A stretch of 64,000 bases of DNA from an uncultured Bacteroidales bacterium. Its GTDB lineage: Bacteria > Bacteroidota > Bacteroidia > Bacteroidales > VadinHA17. The DNA lies in assembly GCA_963849615.1 (NCBI GenBank), contig CAWKIC010000056.1, positions 6,074 through 70,073 on the forward strand. Direction: 5' to 3'. Shown one piece after another: positions 51,266 through 60,764 of the stretch (position 1 is its first letter; each line of letters starts with the position of its first letter). Below the pieces are notes generated by a model. It saw only the letters and a program-made list of their open reading frames with translations, was not told the DNA's origin and did no database searches. The translations under genes were made by a program, and so were the position numbers.

Positions 51266-52630
51266 TTATTTGTTACACAGCAATTCTTCAGAAATTGATT
51301 TCAGATCGCATCCATCAAAATCGCCGGAGCTCATGAAGAGATACACCGGAAATTTAAAATGCCTGCCTTTGATATTTGTAAAGAGATCTGCGGAATTGTC
51401 GAAAACCGTCAGATTTTCACGACCAAATGCCTCTTTAACAATCTCTTTTGTTAATGGAGCAAGTTTCTTGACCTCGAACTGATGGGGATTGTAATAAACA
51501 AATGCAAAAGTCGCCCCGTCAAGTGTCCCTTTATAAAAAGGGATAAAATCAATATTAAGGCTTGAATAGGTATGCAGCTCAAAACATGCGATGATGTCCC
51601 GGCCCTGATATCTTGATGCCACAGCATCGACAGTCGCTTTTACCTTGGAGGGTGAATGGGCAAAATCGAGAAAGGCAGTTCCGTTTTCGTTTTCAATAAG
51701 TTTCTGCAGTCTCTTTGATGTGCCCTCAAAACTTTGTATTGCAGCATAAAAATCATCTTCGTTTATTCCGGCCGCAAGACACGCCTCTTTAGCGGCAGAG
51801 AGGTTTTGCATGTTGTGTTCCCCGAAGACCTTTACAGGGAGTGTCCTGTTATGTGTTGCAGCGTAAAATCCTGTTTTGTTCTGAAAGTGACCATGGGTCC
51901 TGTATGGCACTTTTTTAATGTTCCCGGGTGCGGCTTCAGCAATCTTTTTTACTTCAGAATCATCTGCGAAATAGATCAGGGTGCCGCCATCGGTTATTTT
52001 TTCAGTGAAGATCCTGAACTGTTCGACGTAGGTTTCAAACGTAGGAAAGACATTCATATGGTCCCAGGCAATCCCGTTAATTACGGCAATGTCAGGCATG
52101 TAGAGGTGGAACTTCGGACGCCTGTCGAGGGCTGAGGTAAGATATTCATCACCCTCCATTACTGCAATTTCTGAATCTTCTGAAATCCCTACCATGGTGT
52201 CATAACCGTCAATCTGTGAACCGACCATAAAATCGAATTTCATCCCCAGGGTTTTAAAAACATGCATAATCATTGCAGTAGTTGTTGTTTTACCATGACT
52301 ACCCGCAATAACTATTCGTAATTTATTCCTGGTCTGGTGGTAAATGAATTCAGGAAATGACATTATCCTGATTCCCGATTCGACAGCTTTCAGTAGCTCA
52401 GGGTTATCAGCTTTGGCATGCATTCCCAGGATAACAGTGTCAATATCGTTGGTGATTCTCTCCGGGTGCCAGCCTGGCTTTTCGGGAAGGAGGTTATATG
52501 ATGCAAGTCTGGACCGGGCTGGTTCAAATATCTCGTCATCCGACCCGGTAACAGCATATCCTTTAAGTTGAAGGGCAATTGCCAGGTTATGCATAACTGC
52601 TCCACCAACTGCAATAAAGTGAACCCTCAT
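51266..52630 (-). CDS. mpl: Mur ligase family protein, Mpl-like (UDP-N-acetylmuramate:tripeptide ligase)
   Basis: It starts MRVHFIAVGGAVMHNLAIAL (ATG 52628-52630). It has the ATP site GSHGKTTTTAM and the Mur ligase middle and C-terminal domains. Confidence 0.78.
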   Translation of the reverse strand: MRVHFIAVGGAVMHNLAIALQLKGYAVTGSDDEIFEPARSRLASYNLLPEKPGWHPERITNDIDTVILGMHAKADNPELLKAVESGIRIMSFPEFIYHQTRNKLRIVIAGSHGKTTTTAMIMHVFKTLGMKFDFMVGSQIDGYDTMVGISEDSEIAVMEGDEYLTSALDRRPKFHLYMPDIAVINGIAWDHMNVFPTFETYVEQFRIFTEKITDGGTLIYFADDSEVKKIAEAAPGNIKKVPYRTHGHFQNKTGFYAATHNRTLPVKVFGEHNMQNLSAAKEACLAAGINEDDFYAAIQSFEGTSKRLQKLIENENGTAFLDFAHSPSKVKATVDAVASRYQGRDIIACFELHTYSSLNIDFIPFYKGTLDGATFAFVYYNPHQFEVKKLAPLTKEIVKEAFGRENLTVFDNSADLFTNIKGRHFKFPVYLFMSSGDFDGCDLKSISEELLCNK

Positions 52631-52631
52631 C

Positions 52632-53495
52632 CTAAACGTCACAGATCTGGATGCACTTTTTCAGCGAGGCCAGTTTGTCTTTCTGTGCTGGAACAAATTC
52701 CTGGCCTACATATCCTTTGTAACCTGCCTTGACAACGGCTTTCATAATTGCAGGATAGTAAAGTTCCTGGGTCTCATCGAGCTCGTGCCTCCCCGGAACG
52801 CCTCCTGTGTGTATATGTCCGATATGAGAGATATATTTTGTAATATTCTCTATGATATTACCTTCCATGATCTGCATGTGGTAAATATCATAGAGGAGCC
52901 TGAACCTTTCCGACCCTACCATTTCACAGAGAGCTGCACCCCATGGTGTATTGTCGCACTGATAATCCTTATGCCCATAGCTGTTCAGCAGTTCCATGAT
53001 TATTGTGACACCGTATTTTTCGGCCGACGGCATGAGCTTGCGAAGCCCGGCAGCACAGTTGATCATCCCTTCGTTGTCATTTTGTCCTTCACGGTTGCCT
53101 GAGAAACATATCAGGTTCGGGACTCCGGCTGCTGCAGCTTTTGGTATCATTGCCTCAAAATCTGTAATCAGCTTCTCATGATTGGCAATACGGTTGAATC
53201 CTTTCGGGATACCCCAGTCGGTTGCGTAGCCGACAGCGCATTTAAGTCCGCCATCAGTTACCGTTTTCCAGTCTTTTTCATTGAGCAGCTCGATGGATTC
53301 GATTCCCATCTCTTTGCAGGCTTTTGTGAACTCAACCAGCGGAATATCGCCATAACACCACTGGCTTACCGAGTGATGAATGTTTCCTTTTAGCTGGGGT
53401 GGTTTTTCACCAATTCCTTCAAGACTGCTGAAAGGTTTTCCTGCCGTTACTACGGCTGCTCCTGCCATAGTTCCTATCATGTTCCTTCTTGTCAT
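52632..53495 (-). CDS. xylose-isomerase-like TIM-barrel protein (hydroxypyruvate isomerase family), Tat-type signal
   Basis: MTRRNMIGTMAGAAVVTAG is Tat-like. ...MELLN..., ...DIYHMQIMEG... and ...IGHIHTGG... fit the AP-endonuclease-2 / sugar-phosphate isomerase fold. Confidence 0.72.
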   Translation of the reverse strand: MTRRNMIGTMAGAAVVTAGKPFSSLEGIGEKPPQLKGNIHHSVSQWCYGDIPLVEFTKACKEMGIESIELLNEKDWKTVTDGGLKCAVGYATDWGIPKGFNRIANHEKLITDFEAMIPKAAAAGVPNLICFSGNREGQNDNEGMINCAAGLRKLMPSAEKYGVTIIMELLNSYGHKDYQCDNTPWGAALCEMVGSERFRLLYDIYHMQIMEGNIIENITKYISHIGHIHTGGVPGRHELDETQELYYPAIMKAVVKAGYKGYVGQEFVPAQKDKLASLKKCIQICDV

Positions 53496-53587
53496 AGTAG
53501 TAGATATTAAGAAGTCCTAAATTAAGTATTTTTTTAATAGCTTTCTTAGTTACACGGTGGTCCGTAAAGCTTTGCCCTCAACTCAAA

Positions 53588-54020
53588 GGAAATCCACCCC
53601 TAAATCCCCCAGGGGGGACTTTCAATGCTTCACTAAGAATCCAGGCAACCTGGAAAGTTGCAGGTTTTGCTCCAAGCCCCCCTTGGGGGGTTTGGGGGTA
53701 AGCCCTTATAAAGGACTTTTTCCCTTTGTGTTCCTTTGTGTTCCTTTGTGTTTTACTTTGTGATCCTTTGCGGTATTGATTTAAAATTAACCACTAAGGT
53801 ACACAAAGGGTTTCACTAAGAATTCACAAAGGACTTTTTTAGCAGCCCCTTCTTCCGGAAATCCACCCCTAAATCCCCCAGGGGGGGACTTTCAAGAATC
53901 CTCTCACCACCGTTTACCCCTAAATCCCCCAGGGGGACTTTTAAGAACCGATTTTAGCGAGGCAAATTTCTTTGCGAACTTGGGTTTTAATTCTTAGCGA
54001 ACTTTGCGGTTAATGGATTT
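53588..54020. repeat. repeat cluster: three G/C mini-hairpin modules, one GGGG-loop module, one CACAAAGG hairpin, one CGCAAAG half-element
   Basis: 53588-53626, 53857-53901 and 53911-53948 carry ...CCCCTAAATCCCCCAGGGGGGACTTT.... 53672-53705 is AGCCCCCCTTGGGGGGTTTGGGGGTAAGCCC. 53708-53848 is a CCTTTGTG x4 / CACAAAGG hairpin ending CAGCCCC. 53955-54020 ends GCGAACTTTGCGGTTAATGGATTT. Confidence 0.8.
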
Positions 54021-54133
54021 CGGCTTCCTTATAAAGGTGGCTTGAAATTAAAGTAACACAATTATGATGCTGATTGCAGCCTTGCTGTTAAAGTCTTATA
54101 TTTGTAAGAGACCCAACGCAACGGGAGGATTTT

Positions 54134-55315
54134 ATGAAAATTCCTTCAGGACCAGGTTTTAAACATGGACATTCCATAGAGCTGCTTCGAAGCGGAGAGC
54201 CCTTTTTTAATTGTAATATCAGGTTAATCGACGAGGCTCGGCACTATATCCATTTTCAATCCTATATTATTGACGAGGATGAAACAGGGTTAAATGTTAT
54301 CGATGCTCTTGTAAGGGCTGCTGGAAGAGGTGTCAGGATATACCTGCTGCTCGATGCCTTTGGTACTGAGTACCTGTCGGGTGAACTGATAAAAAGAATC
54401 GACGACTCAGGGATCCTGTTGCGTTTTTTTTCTCCTGCATTTATTACAAAAGGCTTTCAGCTAAGTCTGAGACTCCATCATAAAGTTTTGTTGGTTGATG
54501 GTAAAGTTGCTGTTATCGGAGGGATGAACTTTGCGGATCGTTATCACGGGACCCGGAAGAAAAAGGAATGGCTCGATTTTGCCCTTTTAATAAAAGGACC
54601 TGAATGTGCCCGGATTAACAACATCCTTAAAAAACACTGGAACAAAGCTTTTACTCCAAAGAGCGAACGGGCGCATGAAGTGGTTCACAGCACTGAAATT
54701 TACAAGGAAAATGTAAAAATCAGGGTCCTTGAAAATAACTGGTATCGCAAGAAAATTGAAATTCTGAGAAGTTACCGGGCTGCTTTCAGGTTTGCGCAGG
54801 ACAGGATGATAATATTTGCGAGTTACTTCCTGCCAGGCCGTAATGAGCGTAAGCTTCTCAGGATGGCAGGCCGCAGGGGGGTGGATATCACAATTGTCCT
54901 TGCCGCAGAGTCGGATGCCCCCATATTCAAAAGAGCTACGGGTTTTCTTTACGATTTCATACTCCGGAGTAACATCAAAATATATGAGTATGTGCCTTCA
55001 AACCTTCATGCCAAGGTTGCTATTGTTGATGGAAAATGGTGTACAATAGGGAGTTACAATCTAAACCACCTCAGCGACTATGGGAGTATAGAAATGAATG
55101 TTGAAGTGATGGATGTCCCCTTTACTCAGCAGTTTGAAAAGCTGCTTCTCAAAATTATCAGGAATGACTGCAGGCAGGTTACAGTTGAGGAGAATCTGCG
55201 GAGAAAAACATGGTATTCACAATTTGCCGGCTGGGTCTCTTACCAGATGATCAGGTTATTGATGAGGATTATGGGCCAGATGACGTCAAAGAAGAAGTCT
55301 CCAATTCGAAACTAA
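54134..55315 (+). CDS. phospholipase D-like protein (cardiolipin-synthase-type, two HKD motifs)
   Basis: It has HHKVLLVDGKVAVIGGMN and LHAKVAIVDGKWCTIGSYN. Confidence 0.82.
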   Translation: MKIPSGPGFKHGHSIELLRSGEPFFNCNIRLIDEARHYIHFQSYIIDEDETGLNVIDALVRAAGRGVRIYLLLDAFGTEYLSGELIKRIDDSGILLRFFSPAFITKGFQLSLRLHHKVLLVDGKVAVIGGMNFADRYHGTRKKKEWLDFALLIKGPECARINNILKKHWNKAFTPKSERAHEVVHSTEIYKENVKIRVLENNWYRKKIEILRSYRAAFRFAQDRMIIFASYFLPGRNERKLLRMAGRRGVDITIVLAAESDAPIFKRATGFLYDFILRSNIKIYEYVPSNLHAKVAIVDGKWCTIGSYNLNHLSDYGSIEMNVEVMDVPFTQQFEKLLLKIIRNDCRQVTVEENLRRKTWYSQFAGWVSYQMIRLLMRIMGQMTSKKKSPIRN

Positions 55316-55445
55316 ATCCATTAACCGCAAAGTTCGCGAAGGGGTACGCAACAGATCGCAAAGAGCTAATTATTAACGTCTTGACGTTTTAACTTTGCGT
55401 TCTTTACGCCTCCAAAGCGTGCTTAGCGGTTAAAAAGTCTTAACC
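55316..55445. repeat. hairpin repeat, CGCAAAG-word subfamily
   Basis: It starts immediately after the PLD stop with ATCCATTAACCGCAAAGTTCGC. The right arm has CTTTGCG/CTTTACG/CAAAGCG/CTTAGCG at 55393/55402/55413/55422 (9/11/9 spacing) and ends GCGGTTAAAAAGTC. Confidence 0.75.
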
Positions 55446-55469
55446 ACACGGACCGGGAACGATTGACCC

Positions 55470-56333
55470 CTAGAACTGATGAAACGACATCGAAACGAAT
55501 TCAAGCACCACCGGCAACGCAGTTCTCCAGTAAGTCCAGCTGTGACTGCCATCGCGGATCCTGAATTCATGAGGGATCTCTTTCTTGCGCATTGCGATAT
55601 GCACAAGTGAGTTGCCTTCAAAAAGAAAATCATCGTCACCGCAATCGATATACCACCTGACAGCCCTTTTCTGATTATCAGGTATATTTTCGATAAGACT
55701 TAATACGCTGTATTTTTTGAAATAGGATTCCTTGTCGGCATCTGTTATGCCTTCGACTCCCTGCCAGAGCTTGTAGTTTTTAAGCTCATCGGTATTTTTC
55801 GGTCCGGTGGCAGCGCTTAACGGGCAGGCTGACGAAAAGAGCTCGGGGTGATGAAGTGCATAAACGAATGTTCCTTCGCCTCCCATTGAGAGACCCGCAA
55901 TAGCACGATATCTTTTATCACTTTTAATTCTGTATGTTTTTTCAACAAAAGGCATAAGCTCCTCAAAGAAGAAATCTTCAAATCTCCACTCTCCCTTGAC
56001 ATCGTTTACATAACCTCTTTTTCCGGTATTTGCATCGGGCATCACGACAATCATCGGAGTTGCGATACCTTCATTTATTGCCTTGTCGGCAATGTTGAGG
56101 ATCTCGCCGAACTGAACCCAGCCGGTCTGGTCATCACCCGCGCCATGAAGAAGATAAAGCACCGGATAGCTACGCTGAGAGGATTCATAGTCGGGAGGAA
56201 GATAAATTGCATATTTCCTCTCCATTTTCAGAATTTTGCTGGTCATCGACAAGTTATCCATTACCTTGCCGGTCTGAGCCATCAAAGAAGCTGCAAACAT
56301 CGAAAAGATGAGGACGAAGAATATTTTTCTCAT
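55470..56333 (-). CDS. putative esterase (alpha/beta hydrolase, esterase D / CE1-like)
   Basis: It has a signal peptide, YPVLYLLHGAGDD and the nucleophile elbow GLSMGG. Confidence 0.8.
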   Translation of the reverse strand: MRKIFFVLIFSMFAASLMAQTGKVMDNLSMTSKILKMERKYAIYLPPDYESSQRSYPVLYLLHGAGDDQTGWVQFGEILNIADKAINEGIATPMIVVMPDANTGKRGYVNDVKGEWRFEDFFFEELMPFVEKTYRIKSDKRYRAIAGLSMGGEGTFVYALHHPELFSSACPLSAATGPKNTDELKNYKLWQGVEGITDADKESYFKKYSVLSLIENIPDNQKRAVRWYIDCGDDDFLFEGNSLVHIAMRKKEIPHEFRIRDGSHSWTYWRTALPVVLEFVSMSFHQF

Positions 56334-56389
56334 AGGTTAAAGGTTAAGTTATTGTTGCCTGTTAATATTTATTGGAAAGGTATTAAAAA

Positions 56390-56472
56390 AATTTTATTTC
56401 CCGCAGATAACGCAGCTGTCACGGCAGATTTAATCTGCGTACGATCAGAGGGATCAGCGGGAAATTTTTACT
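56390..56472. repeat. hairpin repeat, CGCAGAT-word subfamily
   Basis: TTTCCCGCAGATAACGCAGCTGTCACGGCAGAT pairs with ATCTGCGTACGATCAGAGGGATCAGCGGGAAA. Confidence 0.72.
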
Positions 56473-56529
56473 TTTCATCTACACAAAAGACATTAGTATA
56501 TTTGTTATAATGTAACTTATAAACTCTGT

Positions 56530-57387
56530 ATGAAAATTCAGCTATTCAACATATCAAATTTCAAAGTTGACGGAGGTGCAATGTTCGGTGTTATTCCGAA
56601 AGCTTTATGGTCACGCGTGTACGCGTCGGATGAGAATAACCTCATAACTCTCACGCTTAATTCACTTATAGTCGAAACCGACAGTCATGTTATTCTGGTT
56701 GATACCGGTTGGGGTGACAAGCAGGATGAGAAATTCTTCCGTCATGTTTATCTGCATGGCGGAGAGGGTCTGATTAATGGGCTCGGAAACCGGGGGTACA
56801 GGCCTGAAGACATAACCGATGTTTTCCTCACCCATCTTCATGCTGACCATTGCGGTGGTGGAGTGGTCAAAAGCAAATCAGGAGAGGGTTATGAACTGAC
56901 CTTTCCGAATGCAGCTTACCATGTAAGCCGTAGCCAATGGGAATGGGCAATAAAGAATAACCTTCGGGAAGAAGATGCTTTTCTGGAAGAAAACATAATT
57001 CCCATTTCTCAGAGCGGTCACCTGAACCTTGTTGATGAAGAGGGTGAATTGTTTAAGGGATTTTCAGCAAGGATATGTTACGGACACACACCCGGACTTC
57101 TGATCCCCGTAATTGAATATGAGGGAAGAACCCTGGTATATACAGGTGATCTTATTCCTACCATTGCACACATTCCCCTGATATGGAATATGAGTTATGA
57201 TGTGGAATCGCTTAAAACGATTGATGAGAAGAGCAGGCTTCTGGAAGAAGCATTAATGAATAATTATATTCTTGTATTCCAGCATGATGCAAATGTTGAA
57301 TGCTGCAACCTGCAAATGACTCCGAAAGGTATCCGGGCTAAGGACAAATTTCAGTTTTCTGAAATACACCCCCCTGAAGGGACGTAA
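56530..57387 (+). CDS. MBL-fold metallo-hydrolase
   Basis: It carries the THLHADHCGG metal-binding motif, and the later H and D residues are in the expected order. Confidence 0.8.
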   Translation: MKIQLFNISNFKVDGGAMFGVIPKALWSRVYASDENNLITLTLNSLIVETDSHVILVDTGWGDKQDEKFFRHVYLHGGEGLINGLGNRGYRPEDITDVFLTHLHADHCGGGVVKSKSGEGYELTFPNAAYHVSRSQWEWAIKNNLREEDAFLEENIIPISQSGHLNLVDEEGELFKGFSARICYGHTPGLLIPVIEYEGRTLVYTGDLIPTIAHIPLIWNMSYDVESLKTIDEKSRLLEEALMNNYILVFQHDANVECCNLQMTPKGIRAKDKFQFSEIHPPEGT

Positions 57388-57540
57388 ATGAATGCTTAGT
57401 TTGCCCCCTAACGGGACCAACGCCCCCCGACCCCCTGAAGGGGGCTAAAATACGATCATCTACTTGCTTTCATTACAAGAAAAGCCTGGTGGGAGCACAG
57501 AATTAGCCCCCATCGGGGGGTTGGGGGGTGATCCTACCTT
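57366..57540. repeat. cluster of G/C mini-hairpin modules
   Basis: CACCCCCCTGAAGGGACG at 57368-57385 overlaps the MBL stop region. The cluster also includes GACCCCCTGAAGGGGGCTAAAA at 57428-57449 and TTAGCCCCCATCGGGGGGTTGGGGGGTGATCC at 57503-57534. Confidence 0.7.
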
Positions 57541-57662
57541 GAAAATGCTTCCCAGAAGTGATAAATGCAACTCCATTGTTTCTTTATCCATTTGTTGTTA
57601 ATTTTGAAACAATATAGGATCCGGGATTTAAGTATTTTATTGTTAATAAAATAACACAGGAT

Positions 57663-59276
57663 ATGGCAGACTTTATTTATGAAAAGCAGTTCCAGATTGA
57701 AAAGGACACTACAAGCTACAAGCTCCTGACAAAAGAGTATGTTAAAACAGTTGAATCCGATGGCCGGAGGGTATTGAAAGTTGATCCGCGCGGTCTTGAG
57801 CTGCTTGCTAAAAAGGCAGTTTCGGACCTCTCATTTTTCCTCCGCACCTCACATCTCGAAAAGCTCCGCAGGATACTTGACGATCCGGAAGCCACGGATA
57901 ATGACAGGTTTGTAGCCTACCTGATGCTTAAAAATACTGTTATTTCATCAAAAGAAGTTCTTCCCTGGTGCCAGGATACGGGTACCGCAATCGTAATCGG
58001 GAAAAAGGGTGAAAATGTCTTCACCGGAGTAAATGACGCAGAGTATCTTTCCAGAGGGATCTACGACACATACCAGGAAAAAAGCCTCAGGTATTCGCAG
58101 GTAGTTCCTGTCACTATGTTTGATGAAAAAAACAGCGCTACCAACCTTCCCGCACAGATAGATATCTATTCAACTCCGGGGATGATGTATGAATTCCTGT
58201 TTATTACAAAGGGTGGAGGTTCGGCTAATAAGACATTCCTCTTTCAACAAACAAAATCTCTACTGAATGAAGAATCCCTGACCCGGTTTGTTAAGGAAAA
58301 GATTAAGGAGCTGGGTACCTCTGCCTGTCCACCTTATCATCTTGCTCTTGTAATTGGGGGAACATCGGCCGAAGCTACATTAAAGACTGTCAAAGAGGCA
58401 TCAGCAGGTTATCTTGATCATCTCCCTGTAACCGGTAATGCAAGCGGACGTGCTTTCAGGGACATTGAATGGGAAGAAAGGATTGAAAAGATCTGCCAGG
58501 AATATGGGGTAGGTGCTCAGTTCGGAGGTAAATACTTTGTGCATGATGTAAGAGTAATAAGGCTTCCCCGACATGCAGCTTCATGTCCGGTAGGACTTGG
58601 AGTGAGTTGCAGCGCTGACAGGAATGTAAAAGCCAGGATTGATGAGAACGGTATATTCCTTGAAGAGCTTGAAAAAGATCCGGTACGCTTCCTTCCGGAT
58701 AAGTCTTCTGAACTTGAAAAGCCTGTTGAGATCGACCTTGACCGTCCTATGAACGAAGTCCTGAGAGAGCTTACAAAATACCCCGTCAAAACTCGTTTGA
58801 GTCTTACAGGTACCCTGATAGTTGCCCGCGATATAGCTCATGCCCGGATAATGAAGATGATTGATGAAGGGAAGACAATACCCGATTATTTCAGGAAACA
58901 TCCCATTTATTATGCCGGACCCGCAAAGACCCCGACAGGTTTGCCCTCCGGAAGTTTTGGCCCCACAACAGCCGGAAGAATGGATTCATATGTTGAAAGC
59001 TTCCAGAGGTACGGAGGTTCACTTATTATGGTGGCAAAAGGAAACCGGAGCCGCGCGGTTATAGAGTCATGCAAAAAGTACGGCGGTTTTTACCTTGGAT
59101 CAGTGGGTGGTCCGGCGGCATTACTAGCTGCCGAAAATATAAAATCAGTCGAAACTGTCGATTTTGAAGATCTCGGGATGGAGGCAATCAGGAAGATCAG
59201 GGTTGAAAATATGCCGGCTTTCATTATCACCGACGACAAAGGGAATGACTTTTTTGATGAGTATAATTCCAAATAG
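57663..59276 (+). CDS. fumA: class I (Fe-S) fumarate hydratase
   Basis: 537 aa. [10 protein letters not shown]..., ...GGGSANK... and a C-terminal beta-type domain (...YAGPAKTP...GPTTAGRMD...GKGNR) are typical of single-chain class I fumarase. Confidence 0.88.
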   Translation: MADFIYEKQFQIEKDTTSYKLLTKEYVKTVESDGRRVLKVDPRGLELLAKKAVSDLSFFLRTSHLEKLRRILDDPEATDNDRFVAYLMLKNTVISSKEVLPWCQDTGTAIVIGKKGENVFTGVNDAEYLSRGIYDTYQEKSLRYSQVVPVTMFDEKNSATNLPAQIDIYSTPGMMYEFLFITKGGGSANKTFLFQQTKSLLNEESLTRFVKEKIKELGTSACPPYHLALVIGGTSAEATLKTVKEASAGYLDHLPVTGNASGRAFRDIEWEERIEKICQEYGVGAQFGGKYFVHDVRVIRLPRHAASCPVGLGVSCSADRNVKARIDENGIFLEELEKDPVRFLPDKSSELEKPVEIDLDRPMNEVLRELTKYPVKTRLSLTGTLIVARDIAHARIMKMIDEGKTIPDYFRKHPIYYAGPAKTPTGLPSGSFGPTTAGRMDSYVESFQRYGGSLIMVAKGNRSRAVIESCKKYGGFYLGSVGGPAALLAAENIKSVETVDFEDLGMEAIRKIRVENMPAFIITDDKGNDFFDEYNSK

Positions 59277-59286
59277 GCCTGGTTCA

Positions 59287-60718
59287 TTAATTCAGCTCCT
59301 CAATTGTAAACGCATCATGTCTGTCTAGACTCAACCAGTACTTTATTGAGTTTTTCCTGACGAGTTCCCAGTAGATATTGCTGTCGAGCCCATATATATA
59401 GTTTATCTCCTTTAGCTCTGAACTTATTTTTTCTGCTATTTCAGGTTTCAGGGTAAGCCTGATCTTTTTGTCCATATATCTGAATTCTGCCACAGGGGAT
59501 GATGTCGTATTATTAAGCACTGTAAGCAAACCATGACCGGGTGTTGCGCCTGTGCTTACCTGCAAACCGTCATTCATGCAGCTGAGTGGCGGAACGGAAC
59601 CGGCGAAAGAGGTCGCGGTAAATTCATCAACACCGGTATTGAAGTATTCCCTTGCCCGGATTCCCATCTTTACTCCCACAATCGCAAATACTCCAAGGTG
59701 TCTGTGAAGCTCATTTGCCAGCACGCCGGAGATCCACTCATCAGTCCCGTATTTGTTAATTATCTCATTTACCGAGCCTTGTATGTCTTCAAAGTAAAAC
59801 GACGGGTCGGACGGGAAAACCTTTATGACCTGATTTCTGGCTGCCGTCTCCCCGCTCAGGATTTTGATCATACATTCCCTTAATCCGGCCGGATCAGAAG
59901 GAACACAATCCGATACATTTCCAAGTGTTTTGTTTATAAAAAGATCCTGGTTGTGAAGGAATATTGCTGCCATTTCATCAGTTCCGGTAAATGAGAACTT
60001 ATGCTCTTTTAAATTTTCAGATCCAAAGAATTCAGAGATTTTTTTTCCATAAGGAGTTCCGACTTTATTTATCATGTTAATAAGCTCTTCGTTGTAAAAG
60101 TCAGCTATACTGAATTTCCTCACGATCCTGACCGGGATCTCCTGTCTCAGAATCCCCACCGATGAGTTCTTATCGATATTATAATTAAATCCATCCTTAT
60201 CACCTGATCCATCCGCGCTCCAGATAAAATCCTTAACCTGCGCGCCAAAGCCGGGGATTTTCCTTAAAAGATTGTAGGCTGTCGACATGCTCCCCAGGCA
60301 GATAAAACTGATTTTGGTTTTTTCGGCAGCCATTATGGCACTTGTCATTATGATAAAATCATCTGCACTTCCGGAATTGATCTCAGTTTCATCTCCCCAT
60401 TTGGTTTGGAGCGCAACGGGGAATTCCTTTGGCTTATAATTACTGGTTCTGTTAATAGCGACCGGAATTCCTTCGTGATGAAATGAATTAAGCAGACTTT
60501 TAACCTTTATGAATGCATTTTCTGCCAGAAAGTGCTCCGGGCGATACAATGATCCCCAGCACCCTGACATCCGGTGATGCCAGCAGCATCGTTATTGCCC
60601 TAATATCGTCAATCCCTGCGTCGGTATCAATTATCACATAGTGTGAGGGTTTCCATGGGTGGGAATAAAGGGTGACGCAAAGCATCAGGCTGATAAGAAA
60701 GAAAGCGACTCTTTTCAT
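59287..60718 (-). pseudogene. secreted nucleoside-hydrolase-like domain fused to FmdE-like domain, +1 frameshift near 60525
   Basis: ORF 60500..60718 gives a signal peptide plus HYVIIDTDAGIDDIRAITMLLASPDVRVLGIIVSPGALS and then nonsense. The +1 frame continues AENAFIKVKSLLNSFHHEGIPVA... to 59287. The CC run at 60525-60526 (GG on the coding strand) is the likely site. The C-terminal ~170 aa (HLGVFAIVGVKMG...PPLSCMNDGLQVSTGATPGHG) look FmdE-like. Confidence 0.68.
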
Positions 60719-60764
60719 ATTGTAATATTATTCCTGCAAAAATAATATTTATTACCTGCCCAAC

